The notes: generated from the sequence alone by a model not told the origin. A stretch of DNA of 25,263 bases from an uncultured delta proteobacterium (GCA_963808625.1 CAWEHK010000014.1:1-25263), one strand, 5' to 3'. Counted from the first letter of the stretch, positions 8,669-19,028 are shown. Numbers and translations: made by a program.

Positions 8669-9460
8669 ATGGCTTATGAAAACATTCTGTTCGAAGTTCA
8701 AGACGGGGTTGGGGTACTCACATTCAACCGGCCAAAGGCCTTGAATGCCCTTAATCCGAAGACCCTGGAAGAAGTGAACGATGTGATCGACAAGGTGCAG
8801 CAGGATGAGAGCGTTCACGTGCTCGTGCTGACCGGCGCCGGGGACAGGGCCTTTGTGGCCGGGGCCGATATCACCGAATTTCCCAAGATGAATCCCCTCC
8901 AGGCAAGGCATTTCGGGGAAGTGGGACAGGGCATATTCTTCAAGCTCGAACACCTGCCCAAACCGGTGATCGCCTGTGTGAACGGTTTTGCTCTGGGGGG
9001 CGGGTGTGAAATTGCCATGAGTTGTGATTTCATCTACGCCTCCGATAAATCAAGGTTTGGTCAGCCCGAAGTCAACCTCGGCCTGATCCCGGGTTTTGGC
9101 GGGACCCAGAGGCTGTCGCGGATGATCGGGCGTGCGAAAGCCAAGGAACTCTGCATGACCGGCGAAATGATCGACGCTCAGCAGGCCAAGGAGCTGGGTC
9201 TGGTCGCCAAGGTATTTCCCGCCGAGCAGCTCATGGAAGAGACCATGAAGGCAGCCAGGCTGCTGGCAACGCGGGCCCAGGGTGTGCTTCGGTCGCTCAA
9301 ACAGGTGATCAATCGGGGCATGGACGTGGATCTTAAGAGTGGCTGTGCCCTCGAAGTCGAAGCCTTCGGGCTCTGTTTTGCCAGCGAGGATGCCAGGGAG
9401 GGAGTTACGGCATTTCTTGAAAAGCGCAAACCGGAGTTTAAGGGTTCGCTTACGAGCTAG
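8669..9460 (+). CDS. Enoyl-CoA hydratase (crotonase family), 263 aa
   Basis: GGAGG RBS before ATG 8669; NRPKALNALN, AFVAGADI, PKPVIACVNGFALGGGCE, FGQPEVNLGLIPGFGGTQRL (both catalytic Glu present), AFLEKRKP. Confidence 0.96.
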   Translation: MAYENILFEVQDGVGVLTFNRPKALNALNPKTLEEVNDVIDKVQQDESVHVLVLTGAGDRAFVAGADITEFPKMNPLQARHFGEVGQGIFFKLEHLPKPVIACVNGFALGGGCEIAMSCDFIYASDKSRFGQPEVNLGLIPGFGGTQRLSRMIGRAKAKELCMTGEMIDAQQAKELGLVAKVFPAEQLMEETMKAARLLATRAQGVLRSLKQVINRGMDVDLKSGCALEVEAFGLCFASEDAREGVTAFLEKRKPEFKGSLTS

Positions 9461-9483
9461 CGTCCATCCGGAAACCCGATTTT

Positions 9484-9530
9484 GCAGGAGCGGCTTCCCA
9501 GCCGAGATCGGGGCTGGAAGCCCCTCCTAC
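9484..9530. repeat. GTAG-family-like REP doublet
   Basis: GCAGGAGCGGCTTCCCAGCCG...CGGGGCTGGAAGCCCCTCCTAC, inverted arms ending in CTAC. Confidence 0.7.
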
Positions 9531-9652
9531 AGAGCAAGGTACCACTTTCCGGATGAGAACGAGCTGGATCGGGACTGCAGATTTCGACCTCTATCGATTT
9601 GGATCGAACAGGAACAGGCTCGTCACCGCTTTAGGTGATCTCAGCAGGCAGT

Positions 9653-9720
9653 CTCACGCGAAGACGCGAAGGCGCGAAGAGAGGCTCGAATGCCTTTGCG
9701 TCCTTGCGGCTTCGCGTGAG
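9653..9720. repeat. Palindrome built from short tandem units
   Basis: CTCACGCGAAGACGCGAAGGCGCGAAG...CTTTGCGTCCTTGCGGCTTCGCGTGAG: three CGCGAAG-type units and their inverted counterparts. Confidence 0.75.
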
Positions 9721-9802
9721 GAAATGGTGAACCATAAAAAAGCGTGTGTTCACCGTAATCCGCGATGATCGGGGAAACATTTCATGAGAGGGGGGACCTG
9801 TT

Positions 9803-10951
9803 ATGAATTTTGAGCTGACCGAAGAACAAAAGATGATCCAGGATATGGCGCGAAAGTTTGCCGAAAGGGAAATCAAGCCGATTGCGATGGAACTGGATCG
9901 CTCTCATCGCCATCCGGCCGAGATTTGCGCAAAAATGGGGGAGTTGGGACTGATGGGGATTACCATTCCGGAACAGTACGGGGGCGCCGGAATGGACTAT
10001 ATCTGCTATGCCCTGGCCATGATCGAGATTTCCAAGGCGTGCGCTTCCTGTGGCGTCATCATGAGCGTCTGTAACAGCTTGTACAATTTTCCCGTCTATG
10101 CCTACGGCACTGAGGAGCAGAAGAAGCAGTACCTGCCCCCGGTCGCCAGTGGCAAAGTGCTGGGATGCTACGGTCTGACCGAGGCCGGCGCCGGGTCGGA
10201 CCCTGCCAATATGAAGACGACGGCGGTGCTCGATGGCAACCAGTGGGTCATTAACGGCAGCAAGAGATTTATCACCAACGGCAATGTCGCCAGGTATTGT
10301 GTCCTGGCTGCAATCACCGACAAGGCAGCGGGGTACAAGGGAATCAGCTCCTTTATCATTGATTTTGAAAATACCCCCGGTTTCAAGGTGGGCAAGGTCG
10401 AGGATAAACTCGGGATCAACGCCTCGGGAACGGCGGAGCTGTTTTTCGAGGATGCCAGAATCCCCAAGGAAAACCTCCTGGGAAAACCGGGTGAAGGTTT
10501 CCGGCAAATGCTTACCACTCTGGATGGCGGGCGCATCGGCATTGCTTCTCAGGCGCTCGGGATCGGACGCGCGGCCCTCGATGAAGCCATCGAATACAGC
10601 AAGGCTCGAGAACAGTTCGGCAAGCCGATTTCCTCATTCCAGGCCATCCAATGGAAACTCGCCGACATGGCCACGCAGCTCGACGCCGCCGAACTGCTGA
10701 TCCTGCGGGCGGCGTGGTTGGAACAGAATGGCAAGCACTATGAGAAGGAGTCGGCGATGGCCAAACTACTGGCCTCGGATGTAGCGATGGCGTGCGGTAT
10801 CGAGGGCGTCCAGGTGCTCGGAGGCTACGGTTACTGCAAGGAATACCCGATGGAACGCCACCTGCGCGATGCCAAGATTACCCAGATTTACGAAGGCACC
10901 AACGAAATCATGCGCCTGGTGATTGCGCGGAATATTTTAAAGCAGCGCTAG
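9803..10951 (+). CDS. Acyl-CoA dehydrogenase (short-chain/butyryl-CoA dehydrogenase-like), 382 aa
   Basis: GCYGLTEAGAGSD, WVINGSKRFITNG, EDKLGINAS.T, TLDGGRIGIASQALG, REQFGKPI, RDAKITQIYEGTNEI (catalytic Glu). Confidence 0.96.
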   Translation: MNFELTEEQKMIQDMARKFAEREIKPIAMELDRSHRHPAEICAKMGELGLMGITIPEQYGGAGMDYICYALAMIEISKACASCGVIMSVCNSLYNFPVYAYGTEEQKKQYLPPVASGKVLGCYGLTEAGAGSDPANMKTTAVLDGNQWVINGSKRFITNGNVARYCVLAAITDKAAGYKGISSFIIDFENTPGFKVGKVEDKLGINASGTAELFFEDARIPKENLLGKPGEGFRQMLTTLDGGRIGIASQALGIGRAALDEAIEYSKAREQFGKPISSFQAIQWKLADMATQLDAAELLILRAAWLEQNGKHYEKESAMAKLLASDVAMACGIEGVQVLGGYGYCKEYPMERHLRDAKITQIYEGTNEIMRLVIARNILKQR

Positions 10952-10981
10952 ACGAGAGAGAGTGTCCCGGTAGAAAAAGTG

Positions 10982-11016
10982 AAGCCCTGGGTGATGCGTC
11001 ACACCCAGGGCTTTTT
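10982..11016 (+). terminator. Rho-independent terminator after the acyl-CoA dehydrogenase gene
   Basis: AAGCCCTGGGTG-N8-CACCCAGGGCTT followed by TTT; lies between convergent genes. Confidence 0.8.
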
Positions 11017-11145
11017 CATGCAGCAAACAAGAAGACGATGCAGGCCGAGGAGGGTTACTCCCGAGCGACGCTGACTATACCGCGCCTCTTGCTGTTTTTA
11101 AATCATCTGTCCACATCACGGCCCCCTGCTGTCGTCGTGGAAAGC

Positions 11146-11340
11146 TTACGCAGACCGCATCAGGCGGCGTTCCCGCCGTTGAATTCGCTTGATAGCCTTT
11201 TTCTTCTTGATGCGACGGCGCTCCCCCTTGGACAGGTAATAGTTATGGCGACGCAGCACAGGTTGAACGTTCTTTTGAAAGTCTTTGCGGAGCTTGCGTA
11301 TTTTCTTTTCTATACTTTCTTTTGTCTCGGCCTCCGGCAT
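11146..11340 (-). CDS. rpsU: Divergent 30S ribosomal protein bS21-like protein, 64 aa
   Basis: Purine-rich RBS region (GAAAGGTAGGTG); very basic; MP...ESIEKKIRKLRK...LRRHNYYLSKGERRRIKK aligns with the bS21 pattern ES.E.ALRRFKR...LR.R.YYEKP...R..K. Confidence 0.7.
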   Translation of the reverse strand: MPEAETKESIEKKIRKLRKDFQKNVQPVLRRHNYYLSKGERRRIKKKKAIKRIQRRERRLMRSA

Positions 11341-11493
11341 CCAGTTTTCACCTACCTTTCAAAAAAGACTTGCCTAAGGTCTGAAACCCTTTGCTAAAAA
11401 AGCACGCCGATTGACGCTACGTAATGATCGGAGCAACCTGCCGTGCTGCGGGTATTTTTGCTGAACTGCCTGCATAAACCCCAGAATTTCGGA

Positions 11494-11522
11494 ACCATAA
11501 AGCAAGATCTTGTTTATGGCAA
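11494..11522 (-). promoter_or_regulatory. Putative sigma70 promoter of the bS21-like gene, overlapped by a palindrome
   Basis: Minus strand TTGCCA-17nt-TATGGT; near-perfect palindrome CCATAAAGCAAGATCTTGTTTATGG at 11495-11519. Confidence 0.5.
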
Positions 11523-11563
11523 GTTAATAAGAAGATTTTTTTCAAAAGCCGAAAAAATTCCGG

Positions 11564-13606
11564 TCAGCCTTGAGAGGACACATCATAGTGGGAAAAATGC
11601 ATGGTGAAGAGGGCCCGCCCCTGAGTTGCCGACCTCAGCGCGGTCGAATATCCAAACATCCGGGAAAGCGGCACCACTCCCCGCACCACCTGGATGGCTT
11701 TGCGCGCGGTGATGCTTTCCACACGCCCTTTGCGGAGATTCACATCACCGAGGACTTCTCCCAGAAACTCATCCGGCACCAGGACCTCTACCGCCATGTA
11801 CGGCTCAAGCAGGACGGGCGATGCCAGCTCGAAAGCCTTCTTGAAAGCCATGGTCGCGGCCACCCTGAACGCCAGTTCACTGGAAAACGATTCATGGAAG
11901 GTGCCCCCAAGGATCAATGCCTCGACATCGACGACCGGGTATCCCATGAGCGGGCCGCTGCTGAAGCCGTCCCGAACCCCTTCTTCCAGGGCTGGGAAGA
12001 ACAGCTCGGGGATGGAAGCGTCTCTGACCTTATTGACCACCACATTACCGCTTCCCCGAACCAGGGGTGCCAGGTGGAGCTCGACCATGGCATAGTGCCG
12101 GGCGCCGCCGATTTCACGGTCAAAAGTACCCTCCGCCAAAGCATCCCGGGCAATGGTTTCACGATAGACGACCTGGGGTTTGCCGGCGTTGACGCCGGCG
12201 TTGTAGTCCCGTTCGAGGCGGGCAACAACGATCTCCAGGTGCAGCTCGCCCATGCCGCTGATGATCGTCTGGCCGGTGTCGGCATCTTCAATGAAGCGAA
12301 AGGTGGGGTCCTCCTCGGAGAGTTTGCTCAAGGCGTCCATGAGCTTTTCCTGGTCATCGCGGGTCTTGGCCTCTACGGCGATGGACATAACGGGTTCGTA
12401 GGTATCGATGGGCTCGAGCAGGATCGGATGGTTTGCCTCGCATAGGGAATCTCCCGTTGTCGCTGATTTCAAACCCATCAAGGCAACAATGTTGCCCGCT
12501 CCGGTCTGCTCCAGGCGATCGCGCTTGTTGGCATGCATCTGAAAAATGCGGGAAACCTTTTCTCGGGTCCCCTTGGAAACATTCAAAACGTCATCTCCCA
12601 CCTTCAGTGTTCCGGAATAGAGCCGCGCATAGGTCAGTTTCCGTCCCTGGTCCATAACGATTTTGAAGGCCAGGGCCGCGAATGGCTCCTGCTCGCTGCT
12701 GAGGCGGTGCTCCCTGGCTTTTGTCTGAGGATTCACCCCATCGATAGGGGGGACATCCAGGGGGGAAGGGAGGAAATCGACAATGGCATCAAGCAGGGGT
12801 TGAATGCCCTTGTTGCGCAGTGCCGTGCCGCACAGAATCGGGACCACTTTGAGCTGCAGGGTGAGCTTGCGAATGATCGGGATGAGGTCGGAGGCGGCGA
12901 TGTCTTCTCCTTCCAGGTAGCGTTCCATGAGTGGTTCATCCCATTCGGCAACCATGGCGACCAGCCGGTCACGCGCTTCCAAAGCTTCGGGCATAAGGGA
13001 AGGATCGATTTCCTGAGTGACGTACTGCGCTCCGAGGGTCTCCTCCAGCCAGACAATCTGCCGGAGGTGCAGCAGGTCGACCACACCGCGAAAATCCGAC
13101 TCCTGACCGAGAGGCAATTGCAGGGGGAGAGGATGGGTCTTGAATTTATCCTCGATTTGCCGCACCACATTGTGAAAGTCGGACCCGATGCGGTCCATCT
13201 TGTTGACAAAGGCAATTTTGGGAACGAGGTACTTGTCCGCCTGGTGCCACACGGTCTCCGATTGAGGCTCCACGCCCCCCACCGCGCAAAACACGGCAAT
13301 CGCGCCATCGAGCACCCGCAGGGAGCGTTCCACTTCGATCGTAAAGTCAACATGCCCGGGGGTGTCGATGAGATGCAGCTCATGGCCTCGCCAGTGGCAG
13401 GTGGTCACGGCAGAAGTGATGGTAATCCCTCGTTCCTGCTCCTGCTCCATCCAATCCATGACGGCGGTGCCGTCGTGCACCTCGCCCATCTTGTGGGAGC
13501 GGCCGGTATAGAACAGGATGCGCTCGGTCACGGTGGTTTTTCCGGCATCGATGTGGGCGATTATGCCGATATTGCGGAAGGTCTTAAGCGGTGATCTTTC
13601 AGCCAT
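11564..13606 (-). CDS. fusA: Elongation factor G, stand-alone paralog outside the str operon, 680 aa
   Basis: [71 protein letters not shown]; no rpsL/rpsG/tuf nearby. Confidence 0.96.
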   Translation of the reverse strand: MAERSPLKTFRNIGIIAHIDAGKTTVTERILFYTGRSHKMGEVHDGTAVMDWMEQEQERGITITSAVTTCHWRGHELHLIDTPGHVDFTIEVERSLRVLDGAIAVFCAVGGVEPQSETVWHQADKYLVPKIAFVNKMDRIGSDFHNVVRQIEDKFKTHPLPLQLPLGQESDFRGVVDLLHLRQIVWLEETLGAQYVTQEIDPSLMPEALEARDRLVAMVAEWDEPLMERYLEGEDIAASDLIPIIRKLTLQLKVVPILCGTALRNKGIQPLLDAIVDFLPSPLDVPPIDGVNPQTKAREHRLSSEQEPFAALAFKIVMDQGRKLTYARLYSGTLKVGDDVLNVSKGTREKVSRIFQMHANKRDRLEQTGAGNIVALMGLKSATTGDSLCEANHPILLEPIDTYEPVMSIAVEAKTRDDQEKLMDALSKLSEEDPTFRFIEDADTGQTIISGMGELHLEIVVARLERDYNAGVNAGKPQVVYRETIARDALAEGTFDREIGGARHYAMVELHLAPLVRGSGNVVVNKVRDASIPELFFPALEEGVRDGFSSGPLMGYPVVDVEALILGGTFHESFSSELAFRVAATMAFKKAFELASPVLLEPYMAVEVLVPDEFLGEVLGDVNLRKGRVESITARKAIQVVRGVVPLSRMFGYSTALRSATQGRALFTMHFSHYDVSSQG

Positions 13607-14129
13607 GATCTTTCCCTGCTTGCAGTGGGGCCGGACAAATTAACGGATCGCTTCGTTAGGCCCATCTCATCTGGATGCCAAACTCTGCCCTGACGGCGTG
13701 CCCTTATTCTATAGGGGATTCGTTGGAAGGTGTCAAGGTGAGGGGGATGGGCAGGGCGCCGATGGAAATAAAATCGCAAGGAGATCGCAGGTATTTCGGC
13801 TCCGATTAAGAAAAGCGATGATTGGATGATATTTAACGATTAATAAAGAGATTGGTTGCAATATTACGCGTAAAAATGATCGACATCCGACCAAAATCAT
13901 CCGGCACTGCTCAGAGTTATTCAAGTGGTGTCATCAGCTTCCGGATACCTCGCCGGTAGGGGCCGGAAGCAACGATTTCCGGGCTATTCCGCCATAATCC
14001 CTGAAAAACCCGATTTACGGCGGTTGCCAGGAGCCTTCCTTATGTGCTAAAAAGCGCTCCTTCCTAACACTCTTACGGTTGATCCGCGAGGGCGATATTG
14101 GGTTTCTTTGAGAAACGAGGAGAACCAGT

Positions 14130-15189
14130 ATGGCGCCTGATTCCAGATTCTGGAGGCACCAGCTGGGGGACGCAAGAACCAGTCTTCAGCGAAGCTTGCT
14201 GAGGACCAGCTTAACGGTATTTTTGATGGTTAGTTTGTCTACAGTAGAAATTCAGGCAAGGACCGAACCCGGTCAGGAACCTTCAGGCGCGGCGTCGCAT
14301 TCGCTTTCCGTCTACGACGAGCCGTTCCCGGGGTTGCCTGCGCGGTTGACGTCTTTGTTCCCGCCAAACCCAAATCCTCATATTCCCCCTGCTGGTCGAC
14401 GGAGTAATGGGACGCAGATCCATATTCCGAATCAACCGGCTATTAAACAATACATCTGCTTCTTCACGGGAGAAGGCCGACCAACCTTTGAGGACGCCCT
14501 GGAGCGATCCCGGCCGTATGTCCCGATCATGACAGAGATTCTAACATCCCATGGTGTCCCGCCTGATATGGTTTCCGTGGTTTTTGTGGAAAGCTGTTTC
14601 AGACGATACGCATCATACGGAGGAGCAGTTGGTTACTGGCAACTGTTGGCGGCGACGGCCCGATCTATGGGACTGAGAGTTGACCGCTGGGTGGATGAGC
14701 GACACGATCCGATCAAGTCCACCCAAGCCGCCGCCAAATACTTACGCTCGTTGTATGACCAATTTGAGTCCTGGCCCTTGGCGCTGGCTGCTTACAATGC
14801 AGGAGATACTTATGTGGCAAGCGTGATGAGAAGGAGCTCGAACGAGCGATTTCTGGGAACTCTCCAGACGGAGAACTTTGCCAGGCATTACCCGGGCATA
14901 TGTCCCCAAGGTCCTGGCTGCTATCCAGATCATGCGTGATCTGGAAGCCCACGGGTTCAAGTACCCTCAATTTTCTCGTGGTTATGACTTCGAATCCATT
15001 TCGATTAAATCGCCTCTGCGACTTGAGCAGGTGGCCAAATGGATCAAAGTCCCGGTAAGCGATTTACAGGTCTTGAACCCTTCTCTGCGTCTGGACCGAC
15101 TACCCCCTGATTGTGGGGTCAACTTAAACTTGCCTTCCGGAGCCAGAGGCAAATTCGATCTGGCCTATGAGAGTTATCTCCGGAACTAG
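14130..15189 (+). CDS. MltD-like lytic transglycosylase with probable C-terminal LysM-like segment (one +1 frameshift at ~14840-14848)
   Basis: VFVES, GAVGYWQLL, VDERHDPIKSTQAAAKYL, ALAAYNAG; continues in the next frame as DFWELSRRRTLPGITRAYVPKVLAA...DLQVLNPSL; about 352 aa if one base is removed. Confidence 0.88.
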
Positions 15190-15249
15190 CAAAGAGAACG
15201 TGCCGCCCCGCAGATCAACCTGTGGAGTACCGGAAGATGGGTGCTCACG

Positions 15250-15435
15250 ATGAGTATTAGGATTTTGGCCAGGGAATTGTACCGAGTAATGAAGGAAGTG
15301 GAGCGCCTGGAGAAGGAACTTGAAGGCCCGGCCTCCGGAGCACTGAAAAGGAATGAGTTGGAACGTCAACTCGCTGCTGGTCGTGCTGAGGAAAGGCGCA
15401 TCAAGGCCCTGTTGGAAGGCGCAAAAGCGGACTGA
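15250..15435 (+). CDS. Small coiled-coil hypothetical protein, 61 aa
   Basis: MSIRILARELYRVMKEVERLEKELE...; helical charged pattern; followed by a strong hairpin. Confidence 0.7.
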   Translation: MSIRILARELYRVMKEVERLEKELEGPASGALKRNELERQLAAGRAEERRIKALLEGAKAD

Positions 15436-15436
15436 C

Positions 15437-15469
15437 AAAAGCGGGAGGGTGGTTTTCCAGCCCTCCCGC
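15437..15469 (-). terminator. Terminator hairpin between convergent genes (T-tract on the minus/cobO strand)
   Basis: AAAA-GCGGGAGGG-N11-CCCTCCCGC. Confidence 0.7.
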
Positions 15470-15549
15470 AATCCCTCATTTAAAAGTATTGCTCGTGTCG
15501 CACTGGCAGATGAGCGTTTTGTCCCAAATCACTACGCCACTAATACCCC

Positions 15550-16072
15550 TCAGAATTCGATGCCGGGTTGGGCCTTGATCCCCTGGTCGTGATAGGGATG
15601 TTTGATCCGGCGCATCTCGGTGACGAGGTCAGCCGCACGCACCAGCTCGTCGGGAGCATTTCTTCCCGTGACCACGACGTGGAGCTTTGCCGGGCGCTTG
15701 CTGATCGCCTCCAGCACCGGTTCGAGCGGGAGCAGGCCATAGGAGAGAACATAGTTCAGCTCATCGAGGATGATCATATCGTAAGAGGACCCTGTTATTG
15801 CAGTTGCAGCCCGCTCCCAGCCCGATCGGGCGAGCCGGGCGTCTTCCTCGAGTGTCTCTTTCTTCCAGGTGAAACCTGATCCCAACGGTTCGATCGTGAT
15901 CTCCTCGAAAGCGTTTCAAGGTTTCCAGTTCGCCATACGACCAGGCGCCCTTAATGAACTGCAGAATCAAGACTTTCAGGCCGTGCCCGGCAGCACGAAG
16001 GGCCATCCCCAGTGCTGCGGTCGTCTTGCCCTTGCCGTTCCCGGTGAATACAATGAGTAAACCCTTGCTCAC
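15550..16072 (-). CDS. cobO: Cob(I)alamin adenosyltransferase CobO/BtuR (one +1 frameshift at ~15909)
   Basis: [27 protein letters not shown], then in the next frame [39 protein letters not shown]; removing one T from CTTTC restores a 173-aa protein. Confidence 0.93.
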
Positions 16073-16119
16073 AAAAGTCTCCCCGGCCTTCCCTCAGATA
16101 TTAAAATGCCCTTCAAAAT

Positions 16120-16148
16120 AAGAAAAGCGGGCTGATAATGGCCCGCTT
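16120..16148 (-). terminator. Rho-independent terminator downstream of the FmdB-family gene
   Basis: Minus strand AAGCGGGC-CATTATCA-GCCCGCTT followed by TTCTT. Confidence 0.7.
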
Positions 16149-16265
16149 CAGTGGAATGCTATTGAATGCCTCTCACCAAATTTTTATGCTGACTTACTCC
16201 GAGGTTCGGACCAGCATGATGCTCAGCCCGATGGTGCTAAAAAGAAAAACAATTCAACCCGGACG

Positions 16266-16532
16266 TCACTCGGTTGTCGTAGTCTCGCTCTTTTTCTCGG
16301 TGGTTTCGGTTTTCACCGCCTCGGTATTCTTGGTTGCACAGGTGCTCGCGTTCTTGCCTGCATAATCCGTTACATACCAACCCGAACCTTTGAGGTGGAA
16401 AGTGCTCATCGAGATGAGCTTATGCAATTCTCCGCTGCAGTGAGAACACGATGCCAGAGGTGGATCGGAAAATCTCTGAATTGCTTCGGTCATCTTCCCA
16501 CATTTGGTGCATTCATATTCGTAGATTGGCAT
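16266..16532 (-). CDS. FmdB-family zinc-ribbon protein, 88 aa
   Basis: MPIYEYECTKCG...CSHCSGELHKLIS...FHLKGSGWYVTDY with a low-complexity tail; GGAGG RBS. Confidence 0.93.
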   Translation of the reverse strand: MPIYEYECTKCGKMTEAIQRFSDPPLASCSHCSGELHKLISMSTFHLKGSGWYVTDYAGKNASTCATKNTEAVKTETTEKKSETTTTE

Positions 16533-16603
16533 TTTTAAACCCTCCGGATAACATTCTTTCTGATCTCGTTGAACAGGTGTTCCACTCGTCTAAGCCCAGA
16601 CGC

Positions 16604-16631
16604 ATTATAAGCTCACTTGTCGTCTTGTCAA
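16604..16631 (-). promoter_or_regulatory. Consensus sigma70 promoter for the FmdB-family gene
   Basis: Minus strand TTGACA-16nt-TATAAT; both hexamers perfect. Confidence 0.85.
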
Positions 16632-16666
16632 GACCGCGCTGCATGTTCTCAAAAATTCAACTGCAC

Positions 16667-16721
16667 CAACCAACCATACCAACCATCAACCATCATACCA
16701 TCAACTATCAACCATCAACCA
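16667..16721. repeat. Degenerate tandem heptamer repeat (CAACCAT)n
   Basis: CAACCAACCATACCAACCATCAACCATCATACCATCAACTATCAACCATCAACCA, about 7 units. Confidence 0.85.
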
Positions 16722-16735
16722 AGTACCGATTGCTC

Positions 16736-18698
16736 TCAAGGATTAAGTTGCACCAGCTGTCCGTTCACCACCTGAAAAAGCATGTATTCCCGGTCCAGTT
16801 GCCCCTGCTGATTAAATGAATAGGTCCCGGCAACCCCTTCGAAGTCTCGAATCTGCTGGAGGTTGCGCAGCAATGCGGCGCGGTCTTTCACCTCACCACT
16901 GAGCCCACTGCGCGCCTCGAGGAAGAGCATCAGAGCATCGTAAGCCTGGGCCTCCAGATACGAGGGAGAAGCGTTATATTTTGTCTCGAACCTTTCCCGA
17001 AAGGCCTTAACGTTGCGATTCTGGCTGTCCGCCATGAATGGCGTAGCAAATACGGCCCGCTCGACGTATACCCCGCCGGCCTGCACCAGGGGTGCCTCGC
17101 CCCAGAGGTTGGTCCCGAGCAGCGTGACGCCGACAACATTGTTGTAAGGCAGTTGCGGGGCGATCAGTGCCACCGTTTGCACCTGATCGGGCACGAACAG
17201 GATGTCAAAGGGAGTGGTCTCGACGCCGGTGGGTGGGCTGTTCTTTTTGGCAATGGTGAGCAATTTCTCGATGGGCTCTCGAAAATCGGTGGTCTTGTCC
17301 TTGTAGGAAACGCTCGCCAGAAGGTTCCCACCAGATTCCTTCACCGTCTCGGAGAAGATTTTGGACAGATTTTGCCCATAGCGATCGTCCGGGTAGAGTA
17401 CCGCAAAACGGGTGGCGCCCAGCTTATCCTTGCAGTAACCGACCAGCGTTCGAACCAGTTCGCGATTATCAAGGAAAACATGGACGACATAAGGATTGCG
17501 TTCCGTCTCCTCATCCTGTTGGGTCAGGGTCAGGAGGGGTATGCCCCACCTGTTGGCCGTGGGGGCGACAGCTCTTGGCAGTCTGGGTGCCCAGGGGACC
17601 GATCACGGCCATGACCCCATCTTCCTTGACCAGGTCCTCGAGGGATTTAACGGCCAGCGCGGGATCGCTTTGAGCCTCCTTGACAACGACGGTAACCCGT
17701 TGATCCGGATGCGCCTCATTCCAATGTTCCGACGCCAGGTTCAAGCCCTTCAAAACCATGTCGCCATACTTGGCGTAAGGTCCATTGAGCGGGACGAGGC
17801 ATCCGACCCGCTCGGGGTTGACCTTAGTGGCAACCTCGGGGGGGCCGGGTGCGGACGCCGGCACAGGCATGGGAGCAGAAGTAGACGGTTGCTTCCCCGC
17901 TCCCTGCATTTCGGTAACGAGCGGGTGTGATGGGTTTCGACTCAAAAGTTCGCGGAGACTCTGGCTGGCCGCATCGGACTGAGCTTTCTGCGCGTCGGAC
18001 TGGGTTAACCGATAATAAAGGAAGACCCTCATGAAGTCGGGCGGGTTTTTCTTCAATAATCGTTGCGCGGTACTCGCGTCCGTACTGTTAAGGAGATTAA
18101 CCGTAGCCTGGGTGAGCGTCTTCTTGTCCTCCGGCGTTCGGGCAACCCCAAACCCGGCGGTGAGCCAATCGAATCCAGTGCTGATGTCGCCTTCGCTGCC
18201 ATAGATGCCGGCCATCAGGCTGCTGAGCCCGACCTGGACACCGGGATGGCCGCTGGAAGCTTCCCAGAGAGGCACCGCTTCTTTCGTGACCTGTTTTTTC
18301 TTCCCCGTCATGGACCAGGCCCGCATCCTGTCCAGCTTTGCCGGGCCAATGCTTTCCCAGCCGGGATAGGCGTATATAAGGTAATCATAGTACTGCAAGG
18401 CTTTCTCCGGCTGCCCCTGGCCCAGATAAATCCCGCCGAGGGTGTAGTAGGATTTTGCCGCAATGGCATAATTGGGATAGGTCTGGATGATGCGTTCCCA
18501 GGAAGCAATCGCCGCGGGAAGATTACCCGCCTTTTGGGCCTTTTCACCTTGTTGCCATAAGGCTTCGGCTTGAGCCGGGGTGGTCGTGGTAAGTTTCGGT
18601 GTGGGCGTCGTTTCGGCAGGTTGCTGGGGGGCAGTCGCACAATTCGCGAGAAACCCCAAAGCGAAGAAAACCATAGCCCACATTTTCATTTTGTTCAT
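16736..18698 (-). CDS. LppC/LpoA-like penicillin-binding protein activator lipoprotein (TPR N-terminus plus type I periplasmic binding fold; one +1 frameshift at ~17573)
   Basis: GAGAGG RBS; lipobox LAN-C; TPR/BamD-like helices; VGCLVPLNGPYAKYG, VIGPL, then next frame FAVLYPDDRYG, FDILFVPD, LLGTNLW, EAQAYDA, FEGVAGTYSF; about 653 aa corrected. Confidence 0.88.
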
Positions 18699-18764
18699 CG
18701 TGCGCCTCTCGTAGACTTGCATCAGTTAATGCCACAACGAGGTTTCCGCGGGGGGCCTTAATCT

Positions 18765-18830
18765 GTGAAACAGGCTTTCCTGCCTGCCTTTCGGCCAGTT
18801 CGGCATGGCAGGCTGGAAAGCCTGCCCCAC
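18765..18830. repeat. REP-like inverted doublet
   Basis: GTGAAACAGGCTTTCCTGCCTGCC...GGCAGGCTGGAAAGCCTGCCCCAC. Confidence 0.75.
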
Positions 18831-18918
18831 ACGGCTTGGACCTTCATCAAAGTACCCTTGTATATCAGGGCATCCCGAGCCAAAGTTCGGGATTATGTAT
18901 ACCCTAAAACAGCAACAA

Positions 18919-18942
18919 GGGCACACCAAAACTGGTGTGCCC
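18919..18942 (-). terminator. Hairpin downstream of dnaK (terminator or REP-like)
   Basis: GGGCACACCA-AAAC-TGGTGTGCCC, followed by TTGTTGCTGTTTT on the minus strand. Confidence 0.6.
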
Positions 18943-19028
18943 CTAAAATCCGGAACCCCTCACCCAAATTCGATTAGGGAACCGAGTTCATCCTCCTGAC
19001 GGCCCCGTAGGCAAGGCAATGTTACATA

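Noticed and set aside
16667..16721. Possible CRISPR-like array
   Set aside because: Only 7-nt tandem units without spacers; no cas genes or 25-45-nt spaced repeats in the window.
18830..19028. Absence of dnaJ after dnaK
   Set aside because: Separation of dnaJ from hrcA-grpE-dnaK is a common arrangement.
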